Shown here piece by piece: positions 1-9,429 of a stretch of 44,664 bases of DNA. The translations under genes and the position numbers were made by a program. The notes beneath the pieces are model-generated. The model was given only the letters and a program-made list of their open reading frames with translations. It was not told the DNA's origin and ran no database searches. The DNA comes from a phage: the sequence record OZ077758.1; one strand, 5' to 3'. Within the stretch, counting starts at the first letter, position 1, and every line of letters begins with the position of its first letter.

Positions 1-552
1 ATGGCAGAAATCAAAGTTAAGGGCCGACGCGCCAAACTGGACGGACGAGTAGCAGTAACCCCGCGCCGTAAACCAGGCGAGCAAACCGAGCATACCAATC
101 TCGGACCTGAAATCGAGTACGGAAAGCGCCGTAAAGGCGGCAAATGTGGACGCCCTACTGACTACCGATCCGTTTACTGCGACCAGCTTCGTCGCTATTT
201 CGCCGACGCCGACGCCTGGCAGGTCAACTACTCCGATAAAGGCGCTGCGCAGGTAATCCCTCGCAACAAAATGCCAACCTTCGGCAGATTTGCCGCGGAA
301 ATCGGTGTGGGCGTCGCTTGCCTGTATCGCTGGGCGCGCGCACATGAGGAGTTCGCCGAGGCGATGGCGGACGCTATGGAATTGCAGAAAACTTTCCTGA
401 TGGAGGCTGGCGGCGTAACCATCGCGGCGGGCTTCGCTACGTTCCTGCTTAAAGCCAACCACGGCGTACGCGACGATATCCCACTGGATGACGACGAAGA
501 TGATAACGGCGACGTCGTTGTCGAACCTACCGGCAAAGGCCAGGGCGAATAA
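1..552 (+). CDS. terminase small subunit (putative)
   Basis: 183-aa ORF directly upstream of the large terminase with TAATG overlap; basic N-terminal half and acidic C-terminal tail (DDDEDDNGD); call is positional. Confidence 0.5.
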   Translation: MAEIKVKGRRAKLDGRVAVTPRRKPGEQTEHTNLGPEIEYGKRRKGGKCGRPTDYRSVYCDQLRRYFADADAWQVNYSDKGAAQVIPRNKMPTFGRFAAEIGVGVACLYRWARAHEEFAEAMADAMELQKTFLMEAGGVTIAAGFATFLLKANHGVRDDIPLDDDEDDNGDVVVEPTGKGQGE

Positions 553-1937
553 TGCGTAACTATGCGGCAGAACACCGCGCACTGGAGCGCGCGATCGCGA
601 AGCGCAACCGACCACCACGCCCGACACGCGTTGCGCAGGCCGTCCGCCTTTACCAGCCTGATTGCTTGCCGCACCAGGTTGAACTACTGCGCGACACAAA
701 GACTAAAATCCTCGGCCTGTGTTCCGGCTTCGGCGGCGGTAAGTCATGGGTCGCTGCGCGTAAGGTCATCCAGCTTTTAACCCTGAACCCCGGTCATGAC
801 GGCATCGTGACAGAACCGACTATTCCACTTCTGGTCAAAATCATGTACCCGGAATTGGAAAAGGCATTCGACGAGGCCGGCTTCCGGTGGAAGTTCAATA
901 AGCAGGACAAGATCTATAACGTGCTTGTGAAAGGCAAATGGACCCGCGTTATCTGTGAATCAATGGAGAACTATACCCGCCTGATCGGGGTTAACGCCGC
1001 GTGGATTGTTGCCGATGAATTCGATACCACGAAGCAAGACGTTGCGCTGGCGGCGTATCACAAATTGCTAGGTCGTCTGCGTGCAGGCTTTGTACGCCAG
1101 TTCGTCATAGTGTCCACCCCGGAAGGCTACCGGGCGATGTACCAGATTTTCGAAGTGGAGAAGGATAGCCAAAAACGTTTGATCCGGGCGAAGACTACCG
1201 ACAACCACCATTTGCCCGCAGACTTTATCGACACGCTGCGCAGTCAGTACCCGGCTAACCTGATTGATGCGTACCTGAACGGCCTGTTTGTCAACCTTAC
1301 GTCGGGTGCGGTATACAAGATGTTCAACCGGGAGGAGAACGCCAGCACCGAAGAAGTGCAGCCGGAAGACACGCTGATTATCGGTATGGACTTTAACGTC
1401 ACGAAGATGGCGGCGGTTGTGTACGTCAGACGGCAGCGAGTCACCGAAAACAAGGAATTCCGCGACGAGATACACGCAGTGGATGAATTTGTGGACCTGT
1501 TTGATACCCCGGCTATGATTGAGGCGATCGAGGAGCGCTACCCCGATCATTGTGCCGCTGGTCGGGTCGTTGTTTACCCGGATAGCAGCGGCAAGTCTCG
1601 CAAGACTGTCAACGCATCATCATCCGATATAGCGCAACTGGAAGACGCAGGCTTCGAGGTGGAATACGACAGCGTTAACCCGCCTGTGAAAGACCGATTA
1701 ATCGCGATGAATACGATGATGTGCAACTCGAAGGGCGTGCGCCAGTATTTTGTCAACCTGGATAAATGCCCTACACTAGCGAAATGTCTGGAACAGCAGG
1801 TTTACGACCTGAAGAAAGGCGAGCCGGATAAAACCGCCGGGGTGGACCACATGAACGATGCCGCGGGGTATCCAATTGCGCACCTGTTCCCAGTGATTCG
1901 CCCAATCGCCGTTGTTCCAACTGTAGACTTCTACTAA
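552..1937 (+). CDS. terL: terminase large subunit
   Basis: 461 aa; Walker A-like GLCSGFGGGKS near N-terminus; acidic nuclease-type motifs in C-terminal half; position before portal. Confidence 0.85.
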   Translation: MRNYAAEHRALERAIAKRNRPPRPTRVAQAVRLYQPDCLPHQVELLRDTKTKILGLCSGFGGGKSWVAARKVIQLLTLNPGHDGIVTEPTIPLLVKIMYPELEKAFDEAGFRWKFNKQDKIYNVLVKGKWTRVICESMENYTRLIGVNAAWIVADEFDTTKQDVALAAYHKLLGRLRAGFVRQFVIVSTPEGYRAMYQIFEVEKDSQKRLIRAKTTDNHHLPADFIDTLRSQYPANLIDAYLNGLFVNLTSGAVYKMFNREENASTEEVQPEDTLIIGMDFNVTKMAAVVYVRRQRVTENKEFRDEIHAVDEFVDLFDTPAMIEAIEERYPDHCAAGRVVVYPDSSGKSRKTVNASSSDIAQLEDAGFEVEYDSVNPPVKDRLIAMNTMMCNSKGVRQYFVNLDKCPTLAKCLEQQVYDLKKGEPDKTAGVDHMNDAAGYPIAHLFPVIRPIAVVPTVDFY

Positions 1938-1948
1938 GGAAAACGACC

Positions 1949-3469
1949 ATGACCGTTAACGTTGACAACCAGCACCCACTATATGCGCGCATCGCGCCAG
2001 AGTGGAAGATGATCCGCGATTGTGTAGCAGGGGAGCGCGCAGTGAAGGCGTGCGGCCCCTTGTACCTGCCTCATCCCGCCAGTGGCGACAATACTGACCC
2101 GAAAGCACGGGCGCGGTATAAGGCGTACAAGCAACGCGCTGTATTCCTGAACGCCACCGCCCGCACACTTAACGCGCTGTTAGGCGTTGCCTTTGCTAAA
2201 CCGGTAAGTCTGGACCTTTCCGGGGCGATGGCTGACCTGATTGACGACGTAGACGGCAGCGGTATGCCTCTGCCGCAACTCCTGCGCGGTGCTATGTCGG
2301 AAGTGCTGCAATCAGGCCGTGCGGGCTTTATGGTGGACTACGACCGCCAGGCGCATTTTGATGAACTGGGTAACGTAGTACCGCAGACCGCCGCTGAAAT
2401 GGCAGCACACCGCCCGCTTATCCGCCTGTATACGGCTGAACAGATCATTAACTGGCGGCAGACCCACGGCGTCGACACGCTGATTGTGCTGAAGGAAACG
2501 GACGAAATCAGCACCGAAGACCCGGACGACTTCGCAAACCACGAGGTAACCATCTGGACCGAGCTTCGCATGATTGACGGCAAGGCACACGCCCGACGCT
2601 GGTTTTACAATGCGGACACGTCAGAAGTGCAAATGGACTTGCCGCGTGGATTTACCCGCACCGACCTTGTGCCGCTGGTGGATGCTGCCGGTAAAGCGCT
2701 GACACAGCTTCCGTTTTGCTGGTGTGGCGCGGTGGACAACAACGCAACGCCTGACGCCGCTCCGCTGGCGGATATCGCATCCATCAACATTAAGCACTAC
2801 AACGCCGAAGCGGACGTCGCCGAGATTGCGCACATCGTGGGTCAACCGACCCTGGTGGCGACGGGCTTGACTCAATCATGGGCGGACAAGAACCTGAAGG
2901 GCGGCATTGCCCTCGGCGCGACTAAGGGCGTTATCCTGGGCCAGAATATGGATGCTAAACTGATCCAGGCGGAGGAGCGCAACTTGTCGGTTGCACTGTG
3001 TGAGCGTCGCGAATTGCAAATGGCTAAACTGGGCGCGGCCCTGGTCGAGAAGGGGACCGCACCTAAGACGGCAACCGAGGCGGCATACGATGCGCAGACT
3101 GATAACAGTATCCTGTCGCTTATTGCCGGTAACGTTGAGAAGGCGTTCAACCGTGCGCTGCAAATCGTGCAGCTTTTCACTGGTGACACCGCCGACCAGC
3201 GTGTGACGCTGAACAAGTTCTACACCGAAATCACGGTTGACGCACAGCTTATGACCGCGATGATGGCAGGTGTGCAGACCGGTACGGTCCGTCTGGCGGA
3301 CTTTATCAAGTGGATGATGGCCCAGGGCGTTATTGATGACTCGCAAACCGTCGAGCAGGTGGAAGACGAACTGCGAAATCAGAATCCATTGCCTCAAATG
3401 TCCCCGGATGCGGTAGAATCGACCGAAGAAGCCCCGGACGAGGTAGTGGACAATGGCGAAGACAATTAA
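1949..3469 (+). CDS. portal protein
   Basis: 506 aa, directly after terL, acidic C-terminal tail; RBS AAGGAAAA before ATG at 1949. Confidence 0.8.
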   Translation: MTVNVDNQHPLYARIAPEWKMIRDCVAGERAVKACGPLYLPHPASGDNTDPKARARYKAYKQRAVFLNATARTLNALLGVAFAKPVSLDLSGAMADLIDDVDGSGMPLPQLLRGAMSEVLQSGRAGFMVDYDRQAHFDELGNVVPQTAAEMAAHRPLIRLYTAEQIINWRQTHGVDTLIVLKETDEISTEDPDDFANHEVTIWTELRMIDGKAHARRWFYNADTSEVQMDLPRGFTRTDLVPLVDAAGKALTQLPFCWCGAVDNNATPDAAPLADIASINIKHYNAEADVAEIAHIVGQPTLVATGLTQSWADKNLKGGIALGATKGVILGQNMDAKLIQAEERNLSVALCERRELQMAKLGAALVEKGTAPKTATEAAYDAQTDNSILSLIAGNVEKAFNRALQIVQLFTGDTADQRVTLNKFYTEITVDAQLMTAMMAGVQTGTVRLADFIKWMMAQGVIDDSQTVEQVEDELRNQNPLPQMSPDAVESTEEAPDEVVDNGEDN

Positions 3470-4556
3470 TCAATATATGGCGGATCGAATGATTCGCCGT
3501 CACATCTTCACCCAGCGCCTGAGTAATGACCAGGCGCGGAGGGTGTTGGCTATGTGGGAGAAGTTCCGGCCCACGTTACTGGGTAAGCTGACCGAGTTGC
3601 TTGATGGTAAAAAGTCCATGAGCAACAAGGCGCTTACCACCCTGTTAACGCAACTCGACAAGACCGTCAAAACGGAACTGCGCACCGAGTTTAAGGTGCT
3701 GGCTGAAAGCCTTCAGGAGTTCGCCGACACCGAGGCCGATTATCTCGCCGACACATTAACGGCAGCGATCCAGCCGGTGGTCGCCGTACCAGCGGTCGAG
3801 GTGGTTGGCGTAGTGACCGGTGCGCAGATCGCAGCGACGGCAATGAAAAACCCGTTCCAGGGTAATACGATGATGCAATGGCCTGACTCACTTTCTGAGT
3901 GGACCAGGACGCAGATCGGCAATCAGGTGCGCGCCGGATTCATCCAGGGCAAGCCAACGATGGAAATTATCGCGGACGTGAGGCGCGCGCTAGGCGGTCG
4001 TAGTGCGCAAGCCATCTCAAGCGTTGTTAAGTCCGCAGTCAACCACTATGCGGCGACCGCCCGCGAACTAATGGTAAAAGCAAATGACGATATTCTCGAA
4101 GGTCGCCAATGGTTATCTACATTGGACACGCATACTTCTCCCATGTGCCAGCTACGCGATCGCCTGTTTTATCCGGTTGATGTTACTCCCGATACGAAAG
4201 GGAAGCGAGGCGGAAAAGTGGTGGCGGGATCACAATATGGCGCTGGTCCGGGCAAGCTACATTATTGCTGCCGCTCGACGGAGACGTGGAAAGTCAAAGG
4301 TATGGAAGATTGGCCCAGTGGTAAGCGTCCGGCACTGAAGGCCGACGCAGGCAGATTGCTGAGTGAGCAGGTCGACGCGCAGACGGATTTCTTCTCATGG
4401 GTGCAGCGCCAGCCGCGCCATATCCTGGAGGAATTATATGGAGTGCAACGCGCCGACCAGATTATGCGCGGCGTGAAAGTGCCGAAGATGTTCACCGATT
4501 CCGGCGAACTAATGACTATCGCGCAGCTTAAAAACCGGGGGTTATGGCGTGATTAA
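3453..4556 (+). CDS. head morphogenesis protein (Mu F-like / SPP1 gp7-like)
   Basis: 367 aa, overlaps portal stop, position portal-F-scaffold-capsid typical of SPP1-like head modules. Confidence 0.6.
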   Translation: MAKTINQYMADRMIRRHIFTQRLSNDQARRVLAMWEKFRPTLLGKLTELLDGKKSMSNKALTTLLTQLDKTVKTELRTEFKVLAESLQEFADTEADYLADTLTAAIQPVVAVPAVEVVGVVTGAQIAATAMKNPFQGNTMMQWPDSLSEWTRTQIGNQVRAGFIQGKPTMEIIADVRRALGGRSAQAISSVVKSAVNHYAATARELMVKANDDILEGRQWLSTLDTHTSPMCQLRDRLFYPVDVTPDTKGKRGGKVVAGSQYGAGPGKLHYCCRSTETWKVKGMEDWPSGKRPALKADAGRLLSEQVDAQTDFFSWVQRQPRHILEELYGVQRADQIMRGVKVPKMFTDSGELMTIAQLKNRGLWRD

Positions 4557-4878
4557 ATATGCAGCTATTGGACTGGTTATCGGTCTGGCGGTAGGATTCT
4601 GGCTAGGTGACTCCTATCGTGCTGGCGTAGTGGCGGAGGCGGCGCAAGAAGCGCAAGCCCAAGCCCAACGGCAGCAAACTAAAGTTGTCGAGCGCTCCGT
4701 GCAGGCCGAACAAGCCCGCGACGTAGAATACCGGACTATCACGAAAGAGGTTGTTAAATATGTTACGCGCCCTAACCGCCCTGATTGTAGTTTTGATGCT
4801 GAGCGCGTGCGGATCAAGCAACGCGCCGTTGATGCCGCTAACGGAGTCGGCACTGCGACCGCCGTGCAAGTTCGATAG
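4549..4878 (+). CDS. i-spanin (Rz-like)
   Basis: GTG start; N-terminal transmembrane helix (AAIGLVIGLAVGFWLG) followed by charged Q/A/E-rich periplasmic region; o-spanin ORF embedded in +1 frame. Confidence 0.6.
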   Translation: MIKYAAIGLVIGLAVGFWLGDSYRAGVVAEAAQEAQAQAQRQQTKVVERSVQAEQARDVEYRTITKEVVKYVTRPNRPDCSFDAERVRIKQRAVDAANGVGTATAVQVR

Positions 4879-4990
4879 CCCGTCCGCAGACCCCGACGAG
4901 GATTTGATGATTGACGTGAAAAATATGGAATGCGGGGCGAAGCTAAGGGCGCAGGTGCTGGAGTTGCAGCAAATAATTAAGGGGCCGTAA
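4760..4990 (+). CDS. o-spanin (Rz1-like lipoprotein)
   Basis: ATG at 4760 with RBS AAGAGG; signal peptide ending in lipobox LSAC; Pro-rich; overlaps and extends past the i-spanin gene. Confidence 0.6.
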   Translation: MLRALTALIVVLMLSACGSSNAPLMPLTESALRPPCKFDSPSADPDEDLMIDVKNMECGAKLRAQVLELQQIIKGP

Positions 4991-5003
4991 TGGCCCCCTT
5001 TTC
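4981..5003. terminator. bidirectional rho-independent terminator between convergent genes
   Basis: hairpin GGGGCCGTAATGGCCCC followed by CTTTT on + strand and T-rich tract on - strand; lies between Rz1 stop and stop of minus-strand gene at 5005. Confidence 0.6.
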
Positions 5004-5004
5004 G

Positions 5005-5769
5005 TTAGCGCGGAATACCGCAAATCTCGTTGAGAGTTTTCACATCCAGCGCCACCGCCGTGGATTTTGGCTTGTCCGGGTAAGGGATGAATTGCTCAAC
5101 TTCAGGCCATGCCTTAATCAGCTTCTTGTCAGTATTGTGCAGGTCCAGCACACCGGTAACGGTCAACTTGAACGCGTCATACTTAGCCCGCAATTCGCGG
5201 CGGGCATGATCGTTACGGTCCAGGCGCTTACAGAAGTCATGATCCGCAGGGTAGTCTATACGACCGCGTGGCTTATAGATCGGCAGCGATTTTCCGTCCT
5301 CGTCCACTTCACACACCGAAGCCAGCATAACTTCCTCGAACCCCGGTACGATATCGCCGAGATCGGGAGATAGCTTATTCATGTATTTATATTCCCAGTA
5401 TCCGCGATGTACGCGGTATTGGTGACCGTCACCGCTCAAGGACAAGGTGCGAACGTTTCCGCCTGCATTTATTTCGAAAGTGGCGTCGTAAACGCTGCCG
5501 ATGCCTTTCGGGCGGTCGGTGTTATAACTATACGTCGCCTTGTTGGTGTATACACAGACGCCGTACATCTGCGACGGGTCATCGCCGATTGCTTCAATGC
5601 GCGCGAGTAGCTCGGCGAACGTGCGAATGCCTTCTGGCATACAGTCCAGCGTAATGGCGTACGCCAGGTCGCGCGAGTCCATCATTATTGATTTTGCTTC
5701 TGTCGCGATTTCGTGGTCGCGCAGGATGTTAGCCAGAATCTGATTTTTAATGTCTTTAGTCAGTCTCAT
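5005..5769 (-). CDS. hypothetical protein, counter-oriented moron in capsid module
   Basis: 254 aa from ATG at 5769..5767 (MRLTKDIK...), RBS GAGGA; the longer track ORF to 6216 overlaps the scaffold gene and promoter and is rejected; no recognisable catalytic motif. Confidence 0.7.
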   Translation of the reverse strand: MRLTKDIKNQILANILRDHEIATEAKSIMMDSRDLAYAITLDCMPEGIRTFAELLARIEAIGDDPSQMYGVCVYTNKATYSYNTDRPKGIGSVYDATFEINAGGNVRTLSLSGDGHQYRVHRGYWEYKYMNKLSPDLGDIVPGFEEVMLASVCEVDEDGKSLPIYKPRGRIDYPADHDFCKRLDRNDHARRELRAKYDAFKLTVTGVLDLHNTDKKLIKAWPEVEQFIPYPDKPKSTAVALDVKTLNEICGIPR

Positions 5770-5798
5770 TTTTGTGTCCTCGTTGTTGGTGTGCAACC

Positions 5799-5827
5799 AA
5801 TATATGCAACCAATACGAGGATTGCAA
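5799..5827 (-). promoter_or_regulatory. sigma70-like promoter for the minus-strand moron
   Basis: minus strand reads TTGCAA - 17 bp (TCCTCGTATTGGTTGCA) - TATATT about 30 nt upstream of ATG; two direct copies of GCAACCAAT at 5793..5801 and 5806..5814. Confidence 0.45.
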
Positions 5828-5917
5828 GTGAATTTTGCGATTATTTTTATCGCTGATAATATTAGAAGCGTGAAGTCGAGCGGGTGGCCCGCTCTGCCAC
5901 AATCCCAGGGGGATAGC

Positions 5918-6619
5918 ATGAAACTTACTAAAGCAGAATATGACGCGTTGCCGGAAGGTATGAAGGCGCTTTTTGTTGCCGATGGCGACGGGTATAAATC
6001 AACGTTCATGACCGCAGAAGAAGTACAGGCGGAAATTAAGGGTCTGAAAGACAACAACGCGAAGCTGGTGAGCGAGAAGAAAGCAGAAGCCGAACGCCGC
6101 GCCGAAGCTGAGCGCCTTGCGAAAGAGAAAGAGGAAGCCGCCGCGCGCAAAAATGGCGACCTCGAAGCGATCGACAAGTCCTGGAAAGATAAGTTTGCGA
6201 AACACGAAGCAGACACATCGGGAAAAATCGAAGCCTACCGCAAGCAGATCCACGACCTAACCATCGGCAGCGCTGCCAAAGACCTGGCATCGAAGCTATT
6301 CGGTAAGAATGCGGGCATCATGCAACGCCACGTAATGGACCGTCTGACGCTGGAAGACGGCGAAGACGGCAGCTTGAAAGTGCGTGTCTTGCAGGATGGC
6401 AAACCGTCCGCGCTGACTATGGAAGAGCTGGAAAAAGAGTTCCGTAATAACGCCGATTTTGCATCCGTCCTGGCTGGCACGCCAGCCGGTGGCGCGCCTA
6501 GCAAACCGACGCAGGTTGTCGAAGATGTGAAGTCTAAAATTACGATGGGCCATAGCTTCGGTATCACCGATCTCACCAAACAGGCCGGGGATATCATCGC
6601 TAAAATGGGCGACGAGTAA
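5918..6619 (+). CDS. scaffolding protein
   Basis: 233 aa from ATG 5918 (RBS AGGGGGA); highly charged coiled-coil-like (AEAERRAEAERLAKEKEEAAARK); immediately upstream of major capsid gene. Confidence 0.65.
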   Translation: MKLTKAEYDALPEGMKALFVADGDGYKSTFMTAEEVQAEIKGLKDNNAKLVSEKKAEAERRAEAERLAKEKEEAAARKNGDLEAIDKSWKDKFAKHEADTSGKIEAYRKQIHDLTIGSAAKDLASKLFGKNAGIMQRHVMDRLTLEDGEDGSLKVRVLQDGKPSALTMEELEKEFRNNADFASVLAGTPAGGAPSKPTQVVEDVKSKITMGHSFGITDLTKQAGDIIAKMGDE

Positions 6620-6716
6620 GCAGATTGCCCGCGAAAGCGGGCAATTTTGCGAGCGCGTAAAACTAAGGTAACATTAATGCCACTGGGCGAATGCTCACAA
6701 CTCAAAGGATTTCGAT

Positions 6717-7817
6717 ATGTCTTTAACAGTGTTCCAGCGTAAACTCGTTACCGCGGTTACGCAAATGATCCCCGACAACCTGAACGTTTTCAACGCCGCC
6801 GCCAATGGCGCTGTTGTTCTCGGTACTGGTGAAGTGCTGAAGGACGTTATTGAGAAAATGTCCGTAGGCTTGATCGCCAACCTCGTTACCGACCGTAACG
6901 CCTACGCCCCTGTCGGCACTCCGGCAACCGCGAAAGTGCTGGCGCGTATGCTGACCAACTCGGTTAACCTTTCCGCAAAAGTGGGTCCGGTAGCAATCAC
7001 TAAGGCTATGATGGCTAAGATCGAAACCAACGTTAACAGCGTTGCGGCTGAGATTGCGGCACAGGCTACTCAAGCGATTATGCTGCACTACCTGAAAGCT
7101 GGTATCGGCGCAAGTAAAGCGGCGATCGAAAGCAACGTAGCGGCAAAATACACCCAACCGGCGCGCGTTGACGGCGTTGGCGGTCGTACCTTCCCGACCC
7201 TGGCAGACTTCCCGCTGGCGGCTTCTAAGTTCGGCGATCAGGCGTCTTTGATTAAGTCCTGGTTTATGGACGGGGTTACCTGGGCAAACTTCATCGCATA
7301 CCAGGCGCTCCCTTCCGCTGAACAGGTATTCGCAATTGGCGATCTCCAGGTAATGGGCGATGGCCTGGGCCGTCGCTTCATTATCTCCGATGCCGCTGCC
7401 GATGCTATGGGCGCTGGTAACATGCTGGGTCTGGTCCCTGGCGCGGTTGCAGTTACCACCAACGGCCTCGATATGCTGGCGCAGGAGAAAGGCGGTAACG
7501 AGAACATCGAGCGCTGGTGGCAGGGCGAGTTCGACTTCAACGTAGCGGTTAAAGGCTATCGTCTGAAGGCGTCCGCTCGTACCCCGATCGAAGGCGTCCG
7601 CTCGTTCAAGCTGGACGATATCACCACTTCCGCTAACTGGGAACTGGACCAGGGCCAGGTAGACAACGCACCGGCAACCGTGCAGGACGTTGGCGCTGTG
7701 GGTGATGGCGATACTAAAGGCCGTCGTAAGACCCAGGCAGCACAGGCAGTGCCTACCCGTCACATCAAGGAAACCGCTGGCGTACTGGTTACGCTGACGG
7801 CGACCACAGCGTCCTGA
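6717..7817 (+). CDS. major capsid protein
   Basis: 366 aa after scaffold, RBS AAAGGA, followed by strong terminator; size and position typical of an HK97-fold capsid protein. Confidence 0.7.
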   Translation: MSLTVFQRKLVTAVTQMIPDNLNVFNAAANGAVVLGTGEVLKDVIEKMSVGLIANLVTDRNAYAPVGTPATAKVLARMLTNSVNLSAKVGPVAITKAMMAKIETNVNSVAAEIAAQATQAIMLHYLKAGIGASKAAIESNVAAKYTQPARVDGVGGRTFPTLADFPLAASKFGDQASLIKSWFMDGVTWANFIAYQALPSAEQVFAIGDLQVMGDGLGRRFIISDAAADAMGAGNMLGLVPGAVAVTTNGLDMLAQEKGGNENIERWWQGEFDFNVAVKGYRLKASARTPIEGVRSFKLDDITTSANWELDQGQVDNAPATVQDVGAVGDGDTKGRRKTQAAQAVPTRHIKETAGVLVTLTATTAS

Positions 7818-7835
7818 TCTACGCACATCCCAAAT

Positions 7836-7861
7836 GGGCGGGCTTATGCCCGCCTTTTTTA
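7836..7861 (+). terminator. rho-independent terminator after capsid gene
   Basis: GGCGGGCTTATGCCCGCC hairpin followed by TTTTTT. Confidence 0.7.
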
Positions 7862-7875
7862 TAGGAGCAAATAAG

Positions 7876-8376
7876 ATGTATGGCGACCCGCAAACCTTTG
7901 TCGATTATGCCGCTGCGCGAGGCGTTGAAGTCACGCTGAGCGATGCAACGCGACACCTTACCGTAGTTAATGACTTCCTTAACGGCATCAACTGGATCGG
8001 AGAACCCGCAGACCAGACCGGAATCGACGCATGGCCCCGCATAAATTACCCATCGGACGGTAAGCCGGTGCGCGACACGCTCACTGAAGTTGTGGCAGTA
8101 GTGCCTGCAGGGCAGATCGTAGATTTTGCATCAATCCCCATTGCCGTCGAGCAAGCCGTTTACAGGTTGGCGATGTTGGTGGCGGACGAGGTCGATATTT
8201 CTCCTGTTGGCAGTGGTAAGGAGACTATCCGCGAAACTGTTGGCCCGATCACGATGGAATATGACCCTGCGACGATTGGTAGCGGTGTCTCGTTCCCGTG
8301 GTGGGATGGCTTGCTGGGCCACTGGATTGACTCCGACGGCAACGCAGCGGGTAATTTTGACGTATTCCGGGGGTGA
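7876..8376 (+). CDS. head-tail connector / head completion protein (putative)
   Basis: 166 aa from ATG 7876 with RBS AGGAG; positional call between capsid and tail genes. Confidence 0.35.
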   Translation: MYGDPQTFVDYAAARGVEVTLSDATRHLTVVNDFLNGINWIGEPADQTGIDAWPRINYPSDGKPVRDTLTEVVAVVPAGQIVDFASIPIAVEQAVYRLAMLVADEVDISPVGSGKETIRETVGPITMEYDPATIGSGVSFPWWDGLLGHWIDSDGNAAGNFDVFRG

Positions 8377-8474
8377 TATGAATCCTGCATTACTGGCGGC
8401 TATTATCGCCGCAAATACTAAACGCCAACCAGAACAGGAGCCAGCACCAGAACCAGAACCACCGGTACAGGAGG

Positions 8475-8834
8475 ATGATAATGGCGGGCTTTAATTACGC
8501 AGGATTAAAGCGGAAAGTGAATCCGCTGATTAAAAAATTCGGCATGACCGTTACGGTTACGCGTCCGGGGTCGGTTGACCGCGTAGACGGCGACGAAGTG
8601 GTAATCCCGCCAACGTCGTTCGACGTCATAGGTCTTCGCGAGGAGTACAAGCCTAGCGAGATCGACGGAACGCGTATCGTTGCCGGTGATGTGAAGTTTT
8701 TATGTCGGGCGGTTGAGCAATTGCGGGTGGGCGACCTTGTTAACCTGAACGGCACTGACTACCGGGTCGTTAACCCTAACCCACTGCAACCGGCGGGGAC
8801 GACCATGCTGTTTCAACTACAGCTAAGGGGCTAA
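8475..8834 (+). CDS. head-tail joining protein (putative)
   Basis: 119 aa, position in head-tail joining cluster. Confidence 0.35.
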   Translation: MIMAGFNYAGLKRKVNPLIKKFGMTVTVTRPGSVDRVDGDEVVIPPTSFDVIGLREEYKPSEIDGTRIVAGDVKFLCRAVEQLRVGDLVNLNGTDYRVVNPNPLQPAGTTMLFQLQLRG

Positions 8835-8835
8835 C

Positions 8836-9429
8836 GTGGCTGAAGTCTACTCATTCGCCGCCACTATTGCTACGTGGGTGGATAAGACGAAGGAGAACAA
8901 CGATAAGGCGGTGCGGGCGTACGGGATGCAAATACTCGGACGCCTTATTGAGATCTCCCCGGTGGGCGACCCTCGCCGGTGGAAAATTAACAGGGCTTAC
9001 GCGCTGGCCCGCCAGCACGCGAACAAGGTGAACGCCGCGCAGCGTCGCAAGAATGGTGGCAAACTGAAGCGCGGGCAGAAAAAGCACGCCAGCGTGCTGG
9101 TGTCATTCAAGACTAAAAACGGCAACGTCACGTTCCGCCAGCGTGGCTGGGCTGCGAAGAATTACACCGGCGGACGCTTCCGGGGAAACTGGCAGGTTAC
9201 GTTCGACCGCCCGGCTGTTGGCGCTATTGACCGCGTGGACAAGGCCGGAACGGCAACATTAGCCGCTGGGCGTGAAGTGTTGGCGCACTATGATTCGAGT
9301 GAATACGGGTCGATCTGGTTTACTAACAACGTGCCATACGCGCAGCGACTTGAGTATGGCTGGAGTAAACAAGCGCCAGCGGGGATTGTTCGCGTCGTAG
9401 CGGCAGAAATTAATTCGAAGGTGAAATAA
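8836..9429 (+). CDS. tail completion / neck protein (putative)
   Basis: 197 aa, GTG start, position. Confidence 0.35.
   Translation: MAEVYSFAATIATWVDKTKENNDKAVRAYGMQILGRLIEISPVGDPRRWKINRAYALARQHANKVNAAQRRKNGGKLKRGQKKHASVLVSFKTKNGNVTFRQRGWAAKNYTGGRFRGNWQVTFDRPAVGAIDRVDKAGTATLAAGREVLAHYDSSEYGSIWFTNNVPYAQRLEYGWSKQAPAGIVRVVAAEINSKVK

Noticed and set aside
4990-5918. Prohead protease gene expected between portal/morphogenesis and scaffold
   Set aside because: No + strand ORF in this interval; the head module appears to be the protease-less SPP1 type, and the minus-strand gene there shows no protease motifs.
5750-6216. 5' extension of the scaffold ORF (track start 5750) and 403-aa version of the minus-strand gene
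   Set aside because: Both extensions run through the divergent promoter region and overlap each other; internal ATGs at 5918 (+) and 5769 (-) have proper Shine-Dalgarno sequences.
6723-7826. 367-aa minus-strand ORF exactly antisense to the major capsid gene
   Set aside because: No RBS or promoter; Arg/Cys-rich composition typical of antisense frames of GC-rich highly expressed genes; the capsid gene on + is strongly supported by context.
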